In this document: piece after piece, positions 22,159-52,659 of the stretch | How positions within the stretch are numbered: position 1 is the stretch's first letter | Layout of the letters: every line of letters begins with the position of its first letter | Assembly: GCF_008831285.2 (NCBI RefSeq) | Contig: NC_045138.2 | Location: 14,508,001-14,572,000, forward strand | Direction of reading: 5' to 3' | Length of the DNA: 64,000 nt | Source of the DNA: Nymphaea colorata | Lineage: Eukaryota | The notes under the pieces: generated by a model | Told to the model about the DNA's origin: nothing | What the model saw: the letters and a program-made list of their open reading frames with translations, nothing else | The model's database searches: none | Program-made: the position numbers and the translations under genes

Positions 22159-24025
22159 GGGCCCGTTTGATGGGCGGGTGAAAATTTAACGCGGTAAATT
22201 TACTGTGGTAAATTTTTCTGGAAAAATTTACAGGTTGAAATTTCTCCCTCTTCCAATTTGAAGTCGTGTTTGATGCACAGGAAGAATTTACCGTGGTAAA
22301 TTTAACCCTGTTTGATGCACAAGAAGAATTTAACCTGGTAAATTTAACCCTGTTTGATGCACAAGAAGAATTGAACTTGGTAAATGTTGTTTTTTTTTGT
22401 GTCTTCTCCTCGCCAAATATGACGTGCAAAGAAATTGGAAGATGATCTTCCAAAACACAGTTAAAACCATAACATCCTACACAGTTTCAGACTTGGAGCA
22501 TATTCTAAACCAATTTCCAGATAATCAAGATCCTTTGTTGAACGTTAATGTAGAATACATATTCATTCATGAATCAAAGTCCAGAAACAGTAATTCTTCA
22601 ACCTAGACCATCAAAATTAACTGAACATACAATTCACAAACTGGCAAATATAACGAGCTCAGCGGAGGAAAATCTCAAACAAATGGACTCGTTTATTAGG
22701 CTAAGAGAGATCAAGAGAGCACGTTTAATTTACACCAAAAAGACAACTAAAAAAGAATGACAACATATATCAAATTTATTACCCAATCAAGCTTTCCTAT
22801 CATACGAGCACCACTTGCCCACAATCACCTACAAGCACAACACAACTTGCCTAGAATAACAAGCTTCTCAATTCCAGTAACTAAGCAAGCGAGAAAACCA
22901 TCAAAATGGAGACAAAATCCAGCCAAAAAAAACACCAATACATCTACTAAATTGCACATCTCAGCAATCTAAATGAAGCAAAAAATGAAGACGAAGTAAA
23001 TCACTACATCCATGAAGAAGCTCCATAAACAGAACCCAAGTTGATCTATTCGACAAGCAATCACAAAAAAAAGTTTACGATTTTGATCGATCTCCATAAA
23101 CTAAGAACAAAATTCATGCACTAAACAGCCAAACAATAGAGTCAACCAGCAAATTCCGTCTTTAAAAAGACCTAGATCACCATTTTCTAACCAAAAAAGA
23201 CCGTGGATGTCGAACGATGGTGGACTGTGGTGGCTCGCAGCTACAGGGCATGCACCGTTTTGTGAAGCGATGGCGGTGGTGGTGGCGGACCGACCGTGCA
23301 GCGACAGTGGATGTCGGATGGCAAACGGCAAGTCGGCGATGTCGGCAATGTCAACTCGCACAACACTTTTTCTCTCTCTGCTTGACTCGAATGGAATCCT
23401 GGGGAGCGGACGATCGAGAAGAAGGAAGAAAAGGCGAGGGAATTGAATGAGCGGTTGCCCAATGCCCACTCATACAAAGTGCATGACCCCCAAAGCAAAA
23501 CAGCAGGAAATGCGGAAGAATAAGAATGAGATGATGTTGGTAAGTAAGAAGGAAAGGGGAAAAGGAAGAAGCTGCACGATGGGGAAAGGAGAATATCGGT
23601 CCTCCTCCTCCATTTAGGGCATCAGAAGAAGGGAGAAAGAGAGGGAATGAGAGGGAGAAAGAGAAAAAATTTACCGACGGTGGAGGGGAGAGGCAGCGGC
23701 GACGGCGGTGCGACCACTCTGGTGCGATGTGAGAAGGCTCGAGGGAGGAGGAGCAGAGGTGTGATGTGAGCTGCCGAAGGAGGTCATGCGCTGAGGAGGG
23801 AGGTCGAGCGCCCGAAACAACGAGCGGGTGAAATTTTCACCCGCTCAAAAGTCCGAGCTCCGAGCTCGGACTTTCGAGCGAGTGGAATTCCACCCGCTCC
23901 CTTTTGGGTTAAACGGGTGGAATTCCACCCCGTTTGACGGGATTTAAATCGAGCGGGTGAAATTTCACCCGCCCGTACCAATTTCCCCTCCCCTGGTGGA
24001 TTTCAACCGCCCATCAAACGGGCCC
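22159..24025. mobile_element. Non-autonomous PIF/Harbinger DNA transposon, 1867 bp
   Basis: TAA target-site duplication (22156-58 and 24026-28). TIR GGGCCCGTTTGATGGGCGG(G/T)TGAAA matches 24/25. Three 42-bp subterminal repeats at the left end and a palindrome array at the right end. No transposase ORF. Confidence 0.93.
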
Positions 24026-24073
24026 TAAATAGTGGTTGTATAAAGCGGCATGCGTGACTCAGCCTGATAGCCT

Positions 24074-24108
<35 letters not shown>

Positions 24109-25051
24109 AAAGCTTGATACGCCTGCTCAGTGGAACATAGGCACCTATTTGCAATTTTTTTAACCATATGTGCATGTACATGCAAATATAGAATTTAAAC
24201 TTCAGGAAATCCCCAACCACGGCACTTTTTTTTTTTTTCGGAAGCCGCCGAGTCGCCGACGCGTTCGGTGCCTAAGACAGCCCCGTGTTCTAATGTTTGA
24301 GGGATTTTTTTTTTCTGTCATTTTGAAAAAAAAAAAAGAATAACTTTCATCATTTTTCTAGAAGGACAACGTTTCTTTTTTCCGATTTGTGCCCTTACTA
24401 AGAAAGCCCTCCTTTACAAGTTAAACACGATTTTGAATGCAAAATATCTGTGTAATTTTTATGGTAGTTTCCACAAAATTTTATGAGATATTTCAGAATG
24501 TCTCGCTATTTGAAATTGGCAAAATGGTTTTGATGCTGTACTGCAAGTTCTTAACGTTAAATTATCAGTTATTTTCATGTATTATACAACTTAATGTTGT
24601 AAATATCGGTTTCCATGTTACATTGACATTTTTAAAAATCGATGAGAAAGCAACTTAAAATTTGAAATTAATTTTTCGTTAATATATGGGTTTATATGGA
24701 GCTGCATTGACTGATATAATAGTGTAGAGAGAGTGATTGATACGGAGATCAAATCGGCCTTTTATTACTTGGCCGATTTTTGGATCGGCAACTTGAGATA
24801 CGGACATTTAGCGGCGATGGTTTAGCCCCAAAAGACATGAAGGGTTCCGAACCCTGCGAGCCAACAAAGGGTCCACCGTGATCGAAGGAGAGGCGCCTCT
24901 CCTCCATTTCGGCCGTGTCGTCGCCTCGTCGGCCTCTTGTTTCTTTGAATTGGGCTACATCCCAGTTTTTGGCGCTTCCTGTTAATGGCGAGGGAGCATC
25001 GCGTCCCCGTTGTTAATAATCGGGGGATCCTGTGAACCTATCTGAGGAGAG

Positions 25052-28000
25052 ATGCAGATCCTAAAGTCAAGAAACTTGGCGGTTTTTCTCTGTCCTTTCT
25101 CTTCACCTTATGGCAACGCGTGCTTTCATTCCACGCCCTCCTCTTTCGCTAAATGGAAGAATAAATGGGAGGCGGTGAGTTCCCTTTTTCTTCGTCCATT
25201 TCTTCAGTTTGACACCTTATACGAGACCTGACGTGGAGACTTTTTTTTTTCCCCTTGTGGCCACATTTCACGAGTTCTTTTTGTGAATTTTGGATATGGG
25301 CGGTGGTTTAGATTTTTTGTTGATTTTAGGTTGATTTGGTGATGATGGCAACGGTTAAACTTGTATAGGCCGTGAATTTTGATGAGCTAACGTGGAGTAC
25401 TGGATTGAGCATGTGTCTTTTGGGGCGGCATTTCATTGTTTCTATCAGCTGTTCTTAGTTGTTGCTCTGAGGATGGCGATAGCGCATTGATATGGAATGG
25501 GCTGGTGCGAGATGTCTACATTTACAACCATATGGGACTTGGTCGTGCTCGTAGGAAAATCTCGTTTGTTTATGTTTTCCTCTTTTTCTCTAGTGCTTGG
25601 AGAATAATGTTGGAATCGTATGCGAGGTTGTTTACAAGGTTATACGTCTGTATTCACCTGACGTGGGTGGACGGAGGTGCTTAGCTTCTATTCATTTAAA
25701 TGCTTGAACTTTGCATAGGTAGGGTGAAAAACAACAATAATTTGGTTATTTAACTACAATCATTTGGGAGCTGGAGCTCCCTTGTGCTCTTGTTCTCATT
25801 TGTTTGAAACCGTTACTCACTTGTCCATCTATCCTTTGCTTGCTCATCTATGTTGTTGCACGTTCAACTTCTCACAACCATGAAGAAGATGCCAAGAAAA
25901 ATTTGCTGCCAACAGATGTTTCTTTCCCAAATTCAGGAAATTGATATTTTGTTCTAATTTTTTCTGGTTTTTCTTTTAGCGAATCAATGATAAACCAGTG
26001 CCAACCCTTGATTTTGATCAAGTGAAACAGTTTAAGAAAATAATTTGAAAGTTGTGGTATATCCTTTTTCTCTTTTAGTGGAAGCAGAGGTCAATAAGGA
26101 ACTGGATCTTTGTTTAAGTTATGTAACTAAATTGTGTTCCTCCAAGTTGTGTTGAATCTCCTAATTTTGTTTGTTCTCCTTTATAATGGTTCTAGTTGAC
26201 AAATTTATGCTGTCAACTAGAAACTTTTCTGTGCGTCCAGTTTTGTTGCCTTTTGGCTGTCATAACAATAATATTCATTTTCTATTCTGTGATATGGATT
26301 TACAGGACCGAGGGAGAGGTCAAGAGCCATCTAAGGTACAAAATCCTCTGGAAACTCCTCCTTCCTCTGCTATGGGTTCGCCTTGCATATGTGATTTGAA
26401 CTAGATAACTATCTACTGAGATTTTAACTGAGGTGGTAATACTTAGCTCAAAATAAGTGATGGCCTAAGCAAAAATCAGTTAGGTTGGACTTTGTTATGA
26501 CTAAATCCAACTTAGTGCAGCTATTTACATCCCTAGCTCTGGTCATGCTAATTCTGCATGATACTGTTTGGAACCTCTTTTATCTTCCAACCATATGGTA
26601 TAGGCATACATGCTTTTCTTTCATAACCTTATTTTGAGATCCTGGATTGCAGAACTATGTCAGATATGCCACACGTCTGAAGCGTACTAATGCTAAGAAA
26701 GCCCTAAGGGATCTGCTGTCCAAAAGCACCTCTAAGTTTTCATTTCAGGTAATTATTATTATTATTATTCCCTGTCTTGTTCTTCCTTTATCTTTCACAG
26801 ATGCTAGCTTTCTGGGTGTTGGGTTTTTAATGCTTGCTTCTTCTTTGTGATGCCTGTATAGTCTTTTACGAGTTGAAGATGTCTTTGGCTGGTTCGTTAT
26901 TTATTCTTTGAGAAAGGTGCAAGAGCATTGTTGTCCATGTGTTTTAAGCCAGTTGAAATTAAACGTAAGGCAAGAGTCCTGGTTACATTGTTGTGAAATT
27001 GTTTCTGACGTTCTTATTTTGAATCACCAAATGACGTTTTTGCAGATGTGTAACGATGGATATTGACTTCTTATGGAAATAGTTTTAATTCACTTTCAAG
27101 ATGTTACGTACTATTTGGGAACTTGCATGATGGCACTTCTGCTCTCTAACTATTGTCGGCTCACTCTGAGCTACTTCTCGTTTCTTATGTGTATTATTAA
27201 AGATTTCTCCTCCTTTTGGAACTTCAATACCAACTTATGCACAAACTTCCATTCTGTCTGAAGCAGCTATGATGTTAAACTTTTTCCCAGGATGATGACA
27301 TGTCATGGAGTTTTGATGGGTGGGAACAAGAAGAAAAGAAGAATTCCAATGGGACTAACGACGGGGTGCCATTCAAGCAGTCTCCTGATGATTCCAAGAC
27401 CAAAAATTCATCACATCAGGGAAGATCTAGCCATCAAAATAGAAATATGCGTAAGACTGCATGCATAAAGCTTTTTCTGGTTTAATCTTATTGTCTGCTT
27501 GATTGTCATTTCTCTGTTACCAAATTGAAAACATTGTTTATTGCCTTAACTGTAAGCGGTTACCTGTTTTCTTTAACTTGCCTTCTTAATTTTTCTCTCA
27601 TGATTGAGTAGAGACCCTCATATTGGAATCCTCACATAAATTGAAAGGGAGTGATCATAAATATGAGGAGAAATTAGACTAGTGGTTCTTGGATTTGAGA
27701 TTTGAGTTGTTCTAGTGCCCCTTGTCGAGTGCTTGAAAAAAAAATAGGGCAGCAGATTCAGGATATGAAGAACTGGGTTGCTGACACCTGGCCTGATATT
27801 AAACTCTGAAGTTTTGCAAATTGCAAGTATCAAATCTGAGCTAGGTTGGATGTCACAGATGCTCACTTTCTGAGATCAAAGAAGAAGAAGTGGGATCTGA
27901 AGTCCACCAGGGAGAGGTTGGATCCTTTGGCCCAGATTGGATTCAAGGTCATGCGCTTTTAGTTTGAACTGTTTAGCAGGTTCCTAGAAATATCTTCCTG

Positions 28001-29485
28001 TTGTTATGTGCTTAGCTCAAATTGAACGATTTGGAATACTTCACAGAGGAACTAACTACAGATAATAAGGGAATATGATTTAGTGTGAGTACAAAATCTA
28101 GGAGTGAAATGAATGGGACCCATGGTGCATTGTGCAGTTCTTTTGCTGTATCTGACTCCTGATGAACTTAACCGATTCATTTATATGTGAAATGAGTGTC
28201 TTCTTTTGTTCTCCTTGTTCCATGGTGCATGTTTAGTTATTCTGCCTGTTCTGCATTAGAATTCTATTAAAATACCACGGTCCTGCTCTTCTATCTTTCC
28301 TGAATCATCTAAAATTGTATCTCCATATTTTTCGAAATGAGATTGAGAATACCTGCTAAAATTTACAGGAAGACCAAGAAAGCGAAGATCTTCCAGTGAC
28401 TATCTTGAACAGGATGAGACGATCTTTCAAGCAACATTTGGAAGCAAATGTTACACTTGGTCTTTTCGATCATGGGGTGGACACCAATTCCAGAACTCAA
28501 CATGGGGATTTGAATGGAGAGAAAATTTTGATTGGGGTGCCAATCGAACCATACATGATAGTGAAACTGATGAAGATGATCATGAAACAACCTCAATTGG
28601 CTCATCATCTGATAGAAAGATCCTTGGATTGCCATCCACAGGTCCCTTGAAGATGGAAGACGTGAAAAGCGCGTGAGTAATTCTTCTGTGGCTTGTGATG
28701 TACTTGTGACATTATGCTTTTTTGCAACTTTACGATGACGCACTCTCTTGCATCTACTTACTGTTCTTCTTTGTTCTATTTTGTGTTGCCTTATTTCTTG
28801 TTAATGACATTATAAATTTCTTCCTGCAGCTTTCGTACCTCTGCTCTAAAATGGCACCCAGACAAACATCAGGGTCCTTCGCAGGTCATACTTTAAATCT
28901 TCCTCCACCGTTGTTGTTGCTTTCCTGCCAATTAATCTGCCTCCTCCAAGTCAATAAGTACACTCCTATTACCAATATTGATTGGCACCGTGCATAGTGA
29001 TGTCTATCATTATTTCAGTTGTGATGTTTAAGTTCATAATTGCAAGACTCCATCAGTCTACTCTTTGGTACAGCGAGTTTTTCCTTTTTTCATAGTTCTT
29101 TTTGGAGGAGTTTAGTTATAAAGCCTGCTCGTTCAACGTTGTGAACAACTGAGTTGGTTAGTATTTTGGCCAACTAGTCATGTGTATTTGTTTGTACTTG
29201 TTCGGTACACTGCACTGGGGTTTTTAGAACCTTGGAGTTCAAGAGCTGACAATTTTGATGAATTTGAAGACAAACGAGTACCCAAATTGCAGTTCACTAA
29301 CTATCATGGGATGGATAACGAACCATCAAGTAGTCAAGGCTTTCTCAAGGGTCAAGTCAATTTAACATGCACCGATTCTGATGATGGGTTTGGATATTTT
29401 TCTGCAACAGGCTACAGCGGAAGAAAAATTCAAGCTATGTGTCAATGCATACAAGTCTCTCTGCAGTTCTTTATCGTCAGGCTGA
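25052..29485 (+). CDS. DnaJ/J-domain protein with a C-terminal J domain, 280 aa, probably mitochondrial. Exons 25052-25174, 26306-26335, 26653-26748, 27291-27450, 28369-28672, 28830-28884, 29411-29485
   Basis: Spliced length of 843 nt is in frame and all introns are GT-AG. J domain reads DRKILGLPSTGPLKMEDVKSAFRTSALKWHPDKHQGPSQATAEEKFKLCVNAYKSL (HPD motif present). The N-terminus is basic/hydroxylated with FHSTP, as often seen near plant mitochondrial presequence ends. Confidence 0.9.
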
Positions 29486-30860
29486 GCAAAAGCTGTCATA
29501 CCCAGCTCCTGTTGATGTTGTTGACAATGGCGAGATGTATATTGTTGGTTCCAAATTATCAGCGGGAGTCCACTTTCACGTCCAATAATCTTAAGGCAAC
29601 TGTCCCATGATATTCCATTGAGTTAGGACTGTTGTCAAGAAATTCAGGAAATTGTAATTTAAGTTGAAAAGTAGATTTATCAAGCGTGGAAGATGGTTCA
29701 GTCTGTTGCAACCAACCCACGAATGAATTGCCTCCTAAATGTATCTGAACTTTTTCAAAATGGAAAAATGATTCACATGCGCTATCTCTCATGTCTGCTG
29801 GAAATTTAAGAGAATTGCCATCTAGAAATCCATTTCTCAAAAACACAGAAAATAATTTTCTCTCGCACGGTGGCCTCAGTTTGCAGGCATGATCTTGTTC
29901 TTTCTGATTTTTTTTGGGCGAGGGTCGAACTCATGGGACCTACATGACTGGTCGACCGCGGCTGCTCGTGCATGGCTGGTGACTGGAAGTGGCTACTCTG
30001 AGCGTAAACTCAGTTAGTCACTGGCTGGTGACTCAAGGTGGGTGCCTTTTTCCTCTGCTTGGCCACTGCTGAGAAGTTGGTGGCCCACTTTTTCCAACTT
30101 TTTGAAGTGTGGTTGTCTTGTTTTCTCAGGTCTCCCTTACATCCCAATCTTCCTTTTCTTCTATGGAATGATTAAACAACATTCAAGCAGTGAGTCCTTT
30201 TTTAGATATTTGCAATGCTTTCTACTGCAAAAAGCCTATGGAGGCGAGACAGACAATGTACTGAAAGGGTGAAATTCCAATCACCATAGGTGAAATTTTT
30301 CCCGACCTCCCGTGCAGCTACGAAGGTCTGCTTTTGAGAAAAAAGTAGTCGGTCCTGAAGGGATCCGACAGTTTTGCCGGAAAAATGTTCACCCTCTATC
30401 CCACTAGCCAATTAGCACATAGACCCGTGTTTTAAATCTTTATGGGATTCCAGATCGTACTTGTAACTCAAGTTTCAACTGAGTTCCGCAAATTTTAACC
30501 AAAAATAAAAAGCTACAAAGAATCTGATCCGGTTGTGCTTTATACAATCTTTATGCTGCCCATGTACTGTTCCTCTTCCATGGCAGGTCCTTTCGAAACC
30601 AGATCCGGCCCTAGTACCAGTACCATCGAATTTGGATCTGAATATGGACCTGCCAATGTTAAAAGCAGGATCGACCCACCTTTTGACATCGTAAAGTTGG
30701 TCAAATGGTTCATGATAACGTCAAATGTTCGTAAGTTGGAAAAGTGATAAAAATTTTACCCACACAACTGTTCTTTTACCCATTTCTGGCAATATCCAAA
30801 TGAGCACATCAAGATATTCCGCCATTGTGGGGCACTAAATGATGAGGATTTAGAATCTTC

Positions 30861-30864
<4 letters not shown>

Positions 30865-30894
<30 letters not shown>
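30865..30894. repeat. Poly(T) tract of about 29 nt
   Basis: Read directly. Confidence 0.9.
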
Positions 30895-31075
30895 CTGCTT
30901 TGCATCGACAGACTATTCTGAGTGAAAATGACACTTTGGTCGATTTTGGTCTATACGTAAAACTCGCATGTTCAAACATATCACCTTCTCAGCTTACGGC
31001 ATGTAAAGTTAACTGTTGTTTCAACTATTTTGTAAAAAATCTACTATTGTTTGGACTTATAGATGGAGAAGAGAC

Positions 31076-31530
31076 TTAGGAATGAACACGAGCCAAGCTC
31101 GAGCTCGACTCGCCTCGTATTAAGCTCGGCACGAACTTGACTCGAGCCTGGCAAGGTCGGCTCAACTCGGTTAGCTCGGATAAGCTAGTTTACTTTATGA
31201 CAATGTTTTATAGCATATGTCAGTGAGCAAAAACTAGTTCAAGCTTGTTTAACTGAGCTAGGCTTCTCGAAAGTTTTGATTCTTCCAATCTGGTTTCTTC
31301 ACTTTTAAAAGTTGGGGAAAGCGCCTAGAGACTGGGAGAGAGCCGCGATAAACCCTTGAACTGAGTTAACCCTAATGTTTAGTTTGTCGACATGTTAAAT
31401 TTTGTCAAAATTCAAAATTTAGCTTACGAAGCCGTCTCGAGTTGAAACGAGTCGAGTTAAGTGAACTCAAACTCGACTCAACTCATTTTATTAAGATCAA
31501 GCTTAAAGTTGAGCTTAAACTCGACTCGTT
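31076..31530 (+). mobile_element. Non-autonomous element rich in GAGCTCG/CTCGACTCG motifs (MITE-like)
   Basis: Starts TTAGGAATGAACACGAGCC, with dense CGAGC/GCTCG repeats at both ends. The same terminus occurs in inverted orientation at 48818-48836. Confidence 0.65.
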
Positions 31531-32817
31531 AATAAACAAGTAAATGTCCCTTACACACACACACCACCAAGGAAAATGAAAAAAACTAGTCCCTCTAATT
31601 TTATGTTAAAATGTACTACAATCAAATCGTGAACACTCTAAAGTGTTGATAAACAGTAATTCAATATAAACCACATTTTAATTCAAGTTATTTTTGCAAA
31701 ATAAAAAGTTTACTTTTTATGTCTAAATTTGAGTTATAAGAGCCGTTCATTTTTCTATTATTAAAAAATATGATTAAAGTAAAAAAGTGACTAACTTAAT
31801 GCATGTTTGTCACCAAATCACGCTTATTATCATATTCATAATGTTGGATTGTATAAAAAACACTTTCATGATTATTTTTAGTAGTTTGGTTTTTGCATCT
31901 TACCTAGAGCCCTCTGGCCAACCGACCCAACATGATAGAAGGTTTAAAAAAAGGGATAAAATGTTGACAGGTATATTAGGCACATACTATTATTTCATAT
32001 CATTTTTCATTGGTTTTCTTTCAATTATTCATTTGTAATAAATAGATTTCAATTATTCATATGTAATAAATAGATAACCTTAGTTAGACGGTTAGGTAAC
32101 TCTGCATTGCAAGAATCGTCATTTACCAAACCCTTACATATTAGGTTGGATGAGAATTGCACTAGCAATTGATTTTAATGAGATTGAGTGGCAGAGAAAA
32201 AATTAAAAACCAAACTGCATTTTTAAGAAATGAAATACCCTCATTTCCATATGAATAGGACTTCTAGACAATAAGTTTTTTTTTCTTTTAATAAGGAAAC
32301 ATGTGATTGAATACATTATATATATATATATTACATATATAAAAGCAAAACTTTTTTTTTTACAAGACATTAAGTATATAATTAACAAATTTTCATTTGA
32401 TAATAGAGCAGGAACACGGGTCTTGCTAGGCTCTTTTATATAATTGAACAAGATGGGTGTATTCTACGAAAGAAAAAAACATAGATATGGGAGAGAGAGA
32501 TTAGTTTCGTTTTATCATTATTTAGGTTAATACGTACTCTTAAACTGGCCTTCCCTCCCCCTCACTCGTATATAATCGGACAACAAAATCCGGGCCATCC
32601 GCCTCTGTTTTGCTCCGCCCCATTCGCGTCGGCTCATTCTCCGGACGATAACCCCTTCCCTTCCGGCCTATATCCTCGCCGGAAGTCGGCCAATCTTCGC
32701 CCCCCTTTTCTCCTCCCGATCGATCCCCCGAGCAGAGGTAGTGGAGATCCTGTTCCACTTCTCTCCTTCGTCTTCATCTTCCTCCACGTCATCGTCGTCC
32801 TCCTCTCCGGCGACGCG

Positions 32818-50312
<17,495 letters not shown>

Positions 50313-52596
50313 AAGATTGGATATTTATCATCAGTGTGGCATTCAACATTTTGTGAGCTTCTTGCCCATGTGTATGTGCGTCAGTAGGCACAGTGTTCTC
50401 GGGTGTCTTGTTGGTTGGTCTTGAATGAAGCTGCCATATGGCTTGTGGAGTTTCTGGAAATTTCTTTGCCCTGGCTTGCCAAGGATGTTGAAGCATGACC
50501 AATCCTGTTCAATGCTAGAAGAATCCCTGGCAGTGGTTGTCAGCGGCGGATACATGTCCAGGTGTGCGGATTTTCAAGCGCCTCTGGGAAGTCTTGACCC
50601 CCATTCACATGTATACAGTCATTCCCATTCATCCTGCTTCTTTGCAGTTTTTATTATTTTGTAATTGTGGTTCTTTTTTACCTAGAGGCCAGCTTCTTGG
50701 TTTAGTTAATTTTGTTGGTGAGTTTCTTAAATGGAGTTCCGAAGAGTTGTCTGCGGGTCCTTGGAGTTTTGAGGCTGGAAAGTCTTTTAGGGAATTGTTT
50801 TTTGAGCTTTGAATGTTGTAGCATGGGTTTGTAATTTTTCACCTTGAATAATTTTGGAGCAAGGTTTTTCTTTTTACAGTAATAATTTTGATTGCGGAAC
50901 CTGTAAAGATAGTCGATCACTTGATGTATGAATGTTGCTTGTACAGTTCGACAGTTTTTTAGAAGTTATGCTTTGTTATATGAGTTTTCTTTCCTCAACT
51001 ACCGTGATTGGCACTGTATTCGCTTTATTTATGGATGAAACCGGAACTTTACAGAACTAAGCGATTTTTTTACAATGTTCACTTTTGATGCATCCGTTGT
51101 GATGTGTGAAGAGGATTATTCTCACACGATGTCTAGATCTGCGTTACATGTTTGAAACGGGTGCTAGATTTGGCTAAACCTAGAACAATGAAGCACACTT
51201 GATTATAATTTAACATATGTATTGACTTGTTCGCTAAAAATGATGCCTTTGTTTGAGTAAATTTAAAAATGACGTGTATCGAGAGCGTCATATTTCCGAA
51301 TTCTTCATTTACGTTTTATGCAAGTTGAATTAAATTCTGGAGGTTAAATTTATCAATTTTTTTCGATAGGATGATACACATTACTTGTAAGTTATAGTAA
51401 AGGAAAATAAAAAGAAGGAAAAAACGAGGCAAATTAGGGTTGCCCTTCAATGACATAGCGTCATGCCAAGTATACGACTTTTGCTGACCTTCGTCAATGA
51501 CAAGAACATCATTATATGGATTTGCCGGGCACTTGTTATTCAGCAGTTGATTTAGAAAAAAAATTTTCCTCTTCGCCCACTTCCAAACTTTACTCTGCCC
51601 AACTTTTATCCATATGCATGCTTCTTCACATTTGTTTTAACACAAAACATGTGCGATATAGAGATAGAACCAGAAAATTTACATCAACAAGGTCGCGAAG
51701 ATACCAAGTTATGTAGAATACCTGAAAGTTAAGTTTTGGAGAAAAGGGTGGCGAAGCAGCACAACCTTAAATGCAGGAAGTAGAGATCCAATTTTTGCCA
51801 TGGAATGGAAGGGCCAAGCAGTTGAGGGACTTCCTTTAACATAGGCTAATAAATCTTGTCGAAAATTCTTAGCTGGGCCAAAATACAATTTCCAAAAAAT
51901 TCTAACTTGTAAATTTTAAAACATGATGGCTCCGGCCAACCCCTTGCTCCGCCCCTAATGCTCACGAATTTTCAATACGTCTTTTTATGTTCTTTTGACG
52001 TACAAGCAAAATCTTGAATAAGCGTTTTCTTTTAAAATTTTGAGAAAAATAACTTTCTCAAATCCTTAAAAATACAGAGGCACATGATATTTTCATTCCA
52101 AACTCTTCCCAAACGCGCCGAAGAGTTCGCATGCTGCTTGCTTATCCAAAGGACTATAAGCTTACCTAATTTTAGACACAATAATTCCAGCAATATATAT
52201 GGTTCCCTACCTCGGCTTCTATTTTCTAAAGCATGTCATTTTCTTTCGTGGGTCTATGCATCAACAGTAACATGGACAGATTTACAATAATTTTTTGAAC
52301 TCAAACATGACCAACTGCGACTGGTTGAACTAGCGAGCAGACCACCCAGCAGGTGTGCAGAATTCGCGTACAGAAGACAACCCCAGAAGCTCGGACAAGT
52401 TAGTTTGCAGCTTTCTTAGGTAAACTGGATTCTCTTAAGTGTGGGAATGCTCTTACCTAGGAAAAAAGTAATGGAAAAACTTTCTCATGCAAATTAGTTA
52501 AGTGGGCGAGTCACTTTTCCTAAGAAATGAAACCACCTGTTTTGCTAGCTATAGTTCTCTCTCTCTCTCTCTCTCTTACACAATTTCTCATGTTTG

Positions 52597-52659
52597 CAGA
52601 CAAAGAATGCAGAGGATTTTAATATCAGACAAAGATTGCAGAGGATTTTAATATCAGAC
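52597..52659. repeat. 29-bp tandem repeat x2.2
   Basis: CAGACAAAGA(A/T)TGCAGAGGATTTTAATAT occurs at 52597 and 52626. Confidence 0.9.

Noticed and set aside
22267..22385. CRISPR-like regularly spaced repeats (also at 12768 and 48643)
   Set aside because: These are head-to-tail tandem units without unique spacers, in a eukaryotic context with no cas genes.
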